Positions 60,901 through 64,000 of a stretch of 64,000 bases of DNA are shown one piece after another. The DNA is from Rhina ancylostomus (Eukaryota), in the NCBI GenBank assembly GCA_030265395.1, contig JARFYF010000051.1, positions 17,744,264 to 17,808,263 on the forward strand, read 5' to 3'. Position 1 is the first letter of the stretch. Every line of letters begins with the position of its first letter. Under the pieces are notes generated by a model, which saw only the letters and a list, made by a program, of their open reading frames with translations, was not told where the DNA came from and did not search any database. Both the position numbers and the translations under genes were made by a program.

Positions 60901-62011
60901 GTGAAGAAATCTCATCTATCCTGTATGGCTGACTATTTATTTTGAGACTGTGACCCCTGGTTATGGGCAACCCAGCTGGGAGAAAACATCATTGCCATAT
61001 CCACTGTCAAGTCCTGTATGAATATTTTCATTTCAATGAGATCACCTCCTATTCTTCCAAAGAGAGCAAAAGGCCCAATCTGCTCAATTTCCCCTCACTT
61101 GACAAATCCACCATCCCAGGAATCCATCTTGTGAACCATCACCGCACTCCCTCTACCACAAGTATACCCACCCTCAAAGCGAAACCAGACCAGAACACTA
61201 TTACAAATAGCCATACTAGGTTCCTGCAAAATTGCAGCAAGACATCACTACCCTAATACTCAAATCCTCTAGCAATATAGGCCAATGTACTGTATGGTTT
61301 CTTGTCATTGTACAAGGTCTTTCAGCCATTTGTGCTGAAGGGTACCCATGTCCCTCCTAACACAAACACCTTTCAAAACTCCCACCACTTGACCACCCTG
61401 CCCCCAATCCCAACATTAATTTTCAATTTCTCTACACCCCTTTGTGTAGCTACACATCTGATCATCCTATAACCTTATTGATACAATCACCTTTATTTTC
61501 AGTCAGNNNNNNNNNNNNNNNNNNNNNNNNNNNNNNNNNNNNNNNNNNNNNNNNNNNNNNNNNNNNNNNNNNNNNNNNNNNNNNNNNNNNNNNNNNNNNN
61601 NNNNNNTTTTCAGTCAGTTTCTACAATCACCTTGAGCAAGTAACGCAACCACCCCTCCAGTCAGAACAAACATTCCATAAATTCACCAGAATCCACTCAC
61701 ATTTAAAAGCCAAGTCCCTTTTACTTAAGGTCATTAATCCCACTACACTCTCCCCTACTTACCTGGTGCACAGTTGTCCACCAATGCGCCTAGTGCCTTG
61801 CCATCCTGCCAATCTCGGTGAAAGTTGGTGATGGGCAGCTGTGGGATCTTGTTCTGAATCCAGCCCAACAATCTCTGCTTGGGAGTCTGCTTCTTAATAT
61901 CTTCATCGTCCTCATCTTCCCACATGGGCATGGAGATGGAGTAATGGAGGATGAGAGTCCAGATCAGGCCCAAGATAAGCTTCAGGTTTCCATCCACTAT
62001 AGCCTTGCTAT
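6767..62011 (-). CDS. FLNC: Filamin-C, multi-exon CDS span (exon 2 to stop; exon 1 outside window)
   Basis: Collinear GT-AG exons encode the CH actin-binding domain ([18 protein letters not shown]), filamin Ig repeats, the FLNC-type hinge 1, the FLNC-specific Ig20 insertion and the C-terminal dimerisation repeat. Phases join correctly except at the missing exon 16 and the gap-truncated exon 35. Confidence 0.97.
7184..7387 (-). CDS. FLNC: FLNC exon 47 (hinge 2 / Ig24), 204 nt
   Basis: [22 protein letters not shown]...[13 protein letters not shown]...VDCSKA. Confidence 0.94.
7978..8196 (-). CDS. FLNC: FLNC exon 46, 219 nt
   Basis: [27 protein letters not shown]...SPFKAKVT. Confidence 0.95.
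8408..8820 (-). mobile_element. CR1 LINE 3' fragment
   Basis: [21 protein letters not shown]; [10 protein letters not shown]; CR1 tail. Confidence 0.8.
9537..9685 (-). other. Orphan p53-family (TP63/TP73 exon 11-like) coding exon inside a FLNC intron
   Basis: tctcttctctttcag|GCCATCG...AGTATGG|gtaaga; 149 nt, phase 2-1; [49 protein letters not shown] matches the p63/p73 linker motif [10 protein letters not shown]. Confidence 0.85.
11519..11662 (+). mobile_element. CR1 fragment abutting gap
   Basis: [17 protein letters not shown]. Confidence 0.8.
12620..12790 (+). mobile_element. tRNA-derived V-SINE (HE1-like)
   Basis: B-box GGTTCAATTCC and V-domain ggagtttgtacgttctccccgtg..gggtttcctc..ttcctcccaca. 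Confidence 0.7.
13560..13692 (-). CDS. FLNC: FLNC exon 44, 133 nt
   Basis: [27 protein letters not shown]...SELDS. Confidence 0.95.
14470..14585 (-). CDS. FLNC: FLNC exon 43, 116 nt
   Basis: [38 protein letters not shown]. Confidence 0.94.
14668..14805 (-). CDS. FLNC: FLNC exon 42, 138 nt
   Basis: [26 protein letters not shown]...VVQEP. Confidence 0.95.
15047..15316 (-). CDS. FLNC: FLNC exon 41, 270 nt
   Basis: [12 protein letters not shown]...[14 protein letters not shown]...GVAAVP. Confidence 0.95.
15445..15684 (-). CDS. FLNC: FLNC exon 40 (FLNC-specific Ig20 insertion), 240 nt
   Basis: [56 protein letters not shown], diagnostic for filamin-C. Confidence 0.95.
15760..16390 (+). mobile_element. 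Old CR1 3' fragment
   Basis: Degenerate RT end (EYSEQYWFP) and tail ggcctactcctactc. Confidence 0.55.
20383..20600. repeat. Palindromic Penelope-like terminal-repeat element
   Basis: Imperfect inverted repeat with CTGATGA...GAAA on both strands. Confidence 0.55.
21442..22050 (-). mobile_element. CR1 LINE 3' fragment
   Basis: [20 protein letters not shown]; tail with atagaac repeats. Confidence 0.75.
22640..23300 (+). mobile_element. CR1 ORF2 fragment
   Basis: [44 protein letters not shown]. Confidence 0.8.
24287..24409 (-). CDS. FLNC: FLNC exon 39, 123 nt
   Basis: [40 protein letters not shown]. Confidence 0.95.
24595..24747 (-). CDS. FLNC: FLNC exon 38, 153 nt
   Basis: [20 protein letters not shown]...KFADHHVP. 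Confidence 0.94.
25105..25308 (-). CDS. FLNC: FLNC exon 37, 204 nt
   Basis: [17 protein letters not shown]...FIVDTRGA. Confidence 0.95.
26397..26558 (-). CDS. FLNC: FLNC exon 36, 162 nt
   Basis: [21 protein letters not shown]...KRLPNRHI. Confidence 0.95.
27277..27401 (-). CDS. FLNC: FLNC exon 35 (3' part lost in N gap 27196-27276)
   Basis: [22 protein letters not shown]...YNIIVR runs into Ns. Confidence 0.92.
27807..27935 (-). CDS. FLNC: FLNC exon 34, 129 nt
   Basis: [25 protein letters not shown]...TKDAGE. Confidence 0.95.
28381..28521 (-). CDS. FLNC: FLNC exon 33, 141 nt
   Basis: [26 protein letters not shown]...DGNHIP. Confidence 0.94.
29159..29258 (-). CDS. FLNC: FLNC exon 32, 100 nt
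   Basis: [33 protein letters not shown]. Confidence 0.94.
30679..30774 (-). CDS. FLNC: FLNC exon 31 (hinge 1), 96 nt
   Basis: catag|GCCTGT...CACTGG|gtataa; [32 protein letters not shown] resembles human FLNC H1 (ACD...EEP...QL.QPY.P...HW). Confidence 0.9.
32606..32853 (-). CDS. FLNC: FLNC exon 30, 248 nt
   Basis: [25 protein letters not shown]...NSPFHVV. Confidence 0.95.
33482..33505 (-). CDS. FLNC: FLNC exon 29, 24-nt microexon (VSIGGHGL)
   Basis: cccacag|TGTCCATCGGCGGCCATGGACTNN|Ntgagt; the last two exon bases and the donor G are N. Confidence 0.88.
34246..34435 (-). CDS. FLNC: FLNC exon 28, 190 nt
   Basis: [23 protein letters not shown]...GDASKCLVT. Confidence 0.95.
35175..35331 (-). 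CDS. FLNC: FLNC exon 27, 157 nt
   Basis: [22 protein letters not shown]...LLTVQII. Confidence 0.95.
37048..37171 (-). CDS. FLNC: FLNC exon 26, 124 nt
   Basis: [40 protein letters not shown]. Confidence 0.94.
37487..37654 (-). CDS. FLNC: FLNC exon 25, 168 nt
   Basis: [18 protein letters not shown]...LEVLVLRPT. Confidence 0.95.
38470..38630 (-). CDS. FLNC: FLNC exon 24, 161 nt
   Basis: [27 protein letters not shown]...FGGHPIP. Confidence 0.95.
39170..39332 (-). CDS. FLNC: FLNC exon 23, 163 nt
   Basis: [31 protein letters not shown]...FTVETR. Confidence 0.95.
40068..40241 (-). CDS. FLNC: FLNC exon 22, 174 nt
   Basis: [15 protein letters not shown]...[10 protein letters not shown]. Confidence 0.95.
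40627..41224 (-). CDS. FLNC: FLNC exon 21, 598 nt
   Basis: [15 protein letters not shown]...[11 protein letters not shown]. Confidence 0.96.
41778..42040 (-). CDS. FLNC: FLNC exon 20, 263 nt
   Basis: [20 protein letters not shown]...VMPPDPTK. Confidence 0.95.
42148..42265 (-). CDS. FLNC: FLNC exon 19, 118 nt
   Basis: [39 protein letters not shown]. Confidence 0.94.
42532..42701 (-). CDS. FLNC: FLNC exon 18, 170 nt
   Basis: [19 protein letters not shown]...VKYTAVQQ. Confidence 0.95.
43299..43389 (-). CDS. FLNC: FLNC exon 17, 91 nt
   Basis: [30 protein letters not shown]. Confidence 0.93.
44400..44637 (-). mobile_element. V-SINE
   Basis: Reverse complement of the V-domain seen at 12620-12790, plus a tRNA-like head. 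Confidence 0.7.
47720..48080 (+). mobile_element. CR1 ORF2 fragment
   Basis: [33 protein letters not shown]-like. Confidence 0.6.
48420..48543 (-). CDS. FLNC: FLNC exon 15, 124 nt
   Basis: [41 protein letters not shown]. Confidence 0.95.
49007..49150 (-). CDS. FLNC: FLNC exon 14, 144 nt
   Basis: [23 protein letters not shown]...NIPNSPFR. Confidence 0.94.
49411..49524 (-). CDS. FLNC: FLNC exon 13, 114 nt
   Basis: [26 protein letters not shown]...KIYAQ. Confidence 0.94.
50516..50709 (-). CDS. FLNC: FLNC exon 12, 194 nt
   Basis: [31 protein letters not shown]...SFPEK. Confidence 0.94.
50967..51103 (-). CDS. FLNC: FLNC exon 11, 137 nt
   Basis: [25 protein letters not shown]...EVGTL. Confidence 0.94.
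51433..51559 (-). CDS. FLNC: FLNC exon 10, 127 nt
   Basis: [20 protein letters not shown]...WGGYAIPR. Confidence 0.94.
51661..51699. repeat. Perfect 17-bp inverted repeat (hairpin)
   Basis: GATTCACTGACTAACCA-attgc-TGGTTAGTCAGTGAATC. Confidence 0.9.
51988..52206. repeat. Palindromic Penelope-like terminal-repeat element
   Basis: Inverted arms tgctggaggaactc..caggcagcatct / tagacctgcc..tcctccagca around gggtctcaaccc; relatives at 9908-10021, 11183-11372, 20383-20600, 27650-27732, 49582-49748. Confidence 0.6.
52416..52553 (-). CDS. FLNC: FLNC exon 9, 138 nt
   Basis: [23 protein letters not shown]...VIKGP. Confidence 0.95.
52900..53810 (+). mobile_element. CR1 RT 3' fragment (spans gap)
   Basis: [20 protein letters not shown]; [10 protein letters not shown]; WNELPEEVV. 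Confidence 0.8.
54333..54458 (-). CDS. FLNC: Candidate extra FLNC cassette exon (proline-rich, 126 nt, between Ig2 and Ig3)
   Basis: ctcag|GATCC...CCAC|gttagt; phase 1-1, open in the FLNC frame: [42 protein letters not shown]; CpG-rich compared with the flanking intron. Confidence 0.75.
54636..54849. repeat. Direct repeat of about 56 bp on both sides of an N gap (collapsed tandem repeat)
   Basis: atgctacagcaccca(c/a)tctctgcttcactgcaccac(a/c)ttcacagccccagcttcca occurs on each side of the gap. Confidence 0.7.
55655..55935 (+). mobile_element. Rex1/Babar-type LINE 3' end
   Basis: [37 protein letters not shown]. Confidence 0.65.
57009..57209 (-). CDS. FLNC: FLNC exon 8, 201 nt
   Basis: [22 protein letters not shown]...SPFTVNISE. 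Confidence 0.95.
57852..58014 (-). CDS. FLNC: FLNC exon 7, 163 nt
   Basis: [17 protein letters not shown]...[11 protein letters not shown]. Confidence 0.94.
58840..58917 (-). CDS. FLNC: FLNC exon 6, 78 nt
   Basis: [26 protein letters not shown]; ag/gt flanks. Confidence 0.94.
59154..59272 (-). CDS. FLNC: FLNC exon 5, 119 nt
   Basis: [18 protein letters not shown]...PEGHTEE. Confidence 0.95.
59617..59764 (-). CDS. FLNC: FLNC exon 4, 148 nt
   Basis: [29 protein letters not shown]...RAYGPG. Confidence 0.95.
59982..60079 (-). CDS. FLNC: FLNC exon 3, 98 nt
   Basis: [32 protein letters not shown]; ag/gt flanks. Confidence 0.95.
60690..61380 (-). mobile_element. CR1 3' fragment
   Basis: CR1 tail and degenerate RT end. 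Confidence 0.6.
61763..62011 (-). CDS. FLNC: FLNC exon 2 (CH1/CH2), 249 nt
   Basis: cacag|ATAGCAAG...CCAG|gtaag; [18 protein letters not shown]...DNCAPG. Confidence 0.96.
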
Positions 62012-62399
62012 CTGTGAATTACAAGTCAGGACTTGGGTTAGAACCCAACAGCAAAGTATCAAGACAGCACCACAGTAATAATCTTTCACAATGCAAGGGA
62101 AAGTCACATATGAATGGGTTGACTCAGGAAATTTAAAAGAAGGACTTCAAGGAAAAAGTATTCAGAAAGACTACAATTTAAATCTCTTCCCAAAACCTGT
62201 CCAACCTCTGGCTCACTAAACCCATGCAGTTTCTGCATTGGGAGAGTTTGGTTAGATGGTGGAGAGGACATTTCACTCTGTACCTAACCAATAGCCTGCA
62301 AGCCCACCACACCAATACCATCCAAGATTAATTCCCCAACTTCCACCAAAGGCAGTAGCAACAAGAGATCCAGCACTTTCCTAAGGAAGTGGTAATAAG

Positions 62400-63360
62400 A
62401 TACTTAGAAAATAATATGATTCGGTAGAGTTGACATGAATTAATAAAGGGAATGCATTTTTGATAAATCTTTTGGATTGTTTTGAGGATGTAACTGGTAG
62501 AGGAGAAAGGAGAAACCAGTTATCAGTTGTGCATTTAGACTTTAAGGTGGCTTTCATTAAAAGATGCACAGTGTTGTGGGTATTATACTGGGATGTATTG
62601 AGGAATAGGGAATGGACAGAAAACAGAATAAAAACGGGTTGTTTGGCTGCGATGCTGCAGATTGCTGCGGAATCAGTATTGCGACCTCAGCTGTTCACAT
62701 TGATTTGGAGGAGGGAAACCAAGTGTAATATATTAAAGTGTACTAATGAAAGCAAGTTTGATGGCAGCATGGTCTGTGAGAAGGATGCTGAGAGACTTCA
62801 GGGAAATAAAGACAAGGGAAAGACATGGCAGATGGAGTGAACTGTGGTCTGTTTGGTTGAAAAAAAATTAGAACGACCTTAAAAATGGTGTGAAAGACTG
62901 AAAGAAGAGATCTTAGTGTCCTCATACACAAACTACTGTAAATTAATATGCAGATGCAATAAGCAACATAGCTGGAAAATGGCATGGGATGGTAGGTTTG
63001 TTACATGAAGTAGACTGGCCCTATACTCAAGTTTGGAAGAATGAAATGCGACTCCATTGAAACATTTAAAATTCTCGTGTGGTTTCACAGCAGTGATGTT
63101 TTGTTTGGTACCAGGGTCAGTCTCAAATTGAGGGATCAGCCATTCACATCAGATAAGAAATATTGTCAAGCGGTCAGTAAATCTTTGGAATTTTCTGCAC
63201 AAGAGGGCTGTGGAGGCTCAGCATATTCAAGGAAGAGATCTGTATTTTTAGAACTTAGGTAATTAAGGCATTTTGGGTTAGTGCAGGAAAGTGGTATCAA
63301 GGGAAAAGATTCATCTTGATCTTATCAAATAGCAGAGCAGTCTAATCCTGCTTCTATCAA
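62400..63360 (+). mobile_element. Old CR1 RT fragment
   Basis: NLLDCFEDVT..VHLDFKVAF..SVLRPQLF. Confidence 0.7.
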
Positions 63361-64000
63361 GTTCTTGTGGCTCTCCCAATAAATCAGGTATTGTTCACAG
63401 TAAAATTACAACATTGAATAAAAATCAAAAAGGAACTCTGGTCAGTGACCATCCAAAGCTTGATCAAAACAAGTTCTGGAACCACCCTCCCCACCATGAG
63501 TAATTCTCTCCCTGTGAGCCACAGCTTCCCAGCTGTTGCAGAGATCACTCTCACTCATCTGGGAGTTACTGGCTGGGGCTACAGCCAGCAATGATATTTT
63601 CAGTAATGTTCCAGTGTAGCCAGGCAGCAGATCCCAAAGATTTCAGAGCTAGTGTTTCCCTCCCCCCTCAATGCAGAATACAGAAGGATTTCCTCCAACA
63701 CCATACCCGGCTTGGCAATGCTCCCGGTGACCCTTACTGCTGTCACAGAAAGGAGCACTGCTGTCAGAAATTCCACAGTCAACAAACTTCAAAAAAAAAA
63801 CTCAAATTTCCACCAATTTGTAGCCCTTGTCCAGATCACATCAGCCACATGCTCCAACTCTCTGCATACCTATCTAATCCCCCGTCACACTCTGCTATAA
63901 GAGTGCAAGACATGGGTGGCAAGCACCAACTACCTAAAACGAGAGTGAGAGACACACAGTGAGCGTAGAAGACTGCTACACACATAGAAGGTGATGTAAA

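Noticed and set aside
6767-62011. Calling the gene a pseudogene, or FLNA/FLNB
   Set aside because: All visible exons are open with canonical splice sites, the missing exons coincide with gaps, and the Ig20 insertion and hinge 1 are FLNC-type.

Overview
Vertebrate genomic DNA, probably a cartilaginous fish (inferred from the CR1, Rex/Babar, V-SINE and Penelope-like repeat landscape), with many N gaps. Nearly the whole window is one gene on the minus strand: filamin-C (FLNC). I traced it by hand from the exon-2 equivalent (62011) to the stop codon (6767) and a likely poly(A) signal (5890-5895); exon 1 lies beyond the window. Exon numbers follow human FLNC as I recall it. The Ig20 insertion exon and the hinge-1 exon identify it as FLNC rather than FLNA or FLNB. 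Equivalents of exons 16 and 45 were not found, and exon 35 is cut by a gap. Two surprises: (1) an intact 149-nt p63/p73-type exon with good splice sites sits inside a distal FLNC intron on the same strand (9537-9685), either a captured segment or a misassembly; (2) an in-frame 126-nt proline-rich cassette exon between Ig2 and Ig3 (54333-54458), which I do not recall from canonical human FLNC and which the ORF track misses. Positions 1-5600 are a nested LINE cluster. No database search or folding computation was run.
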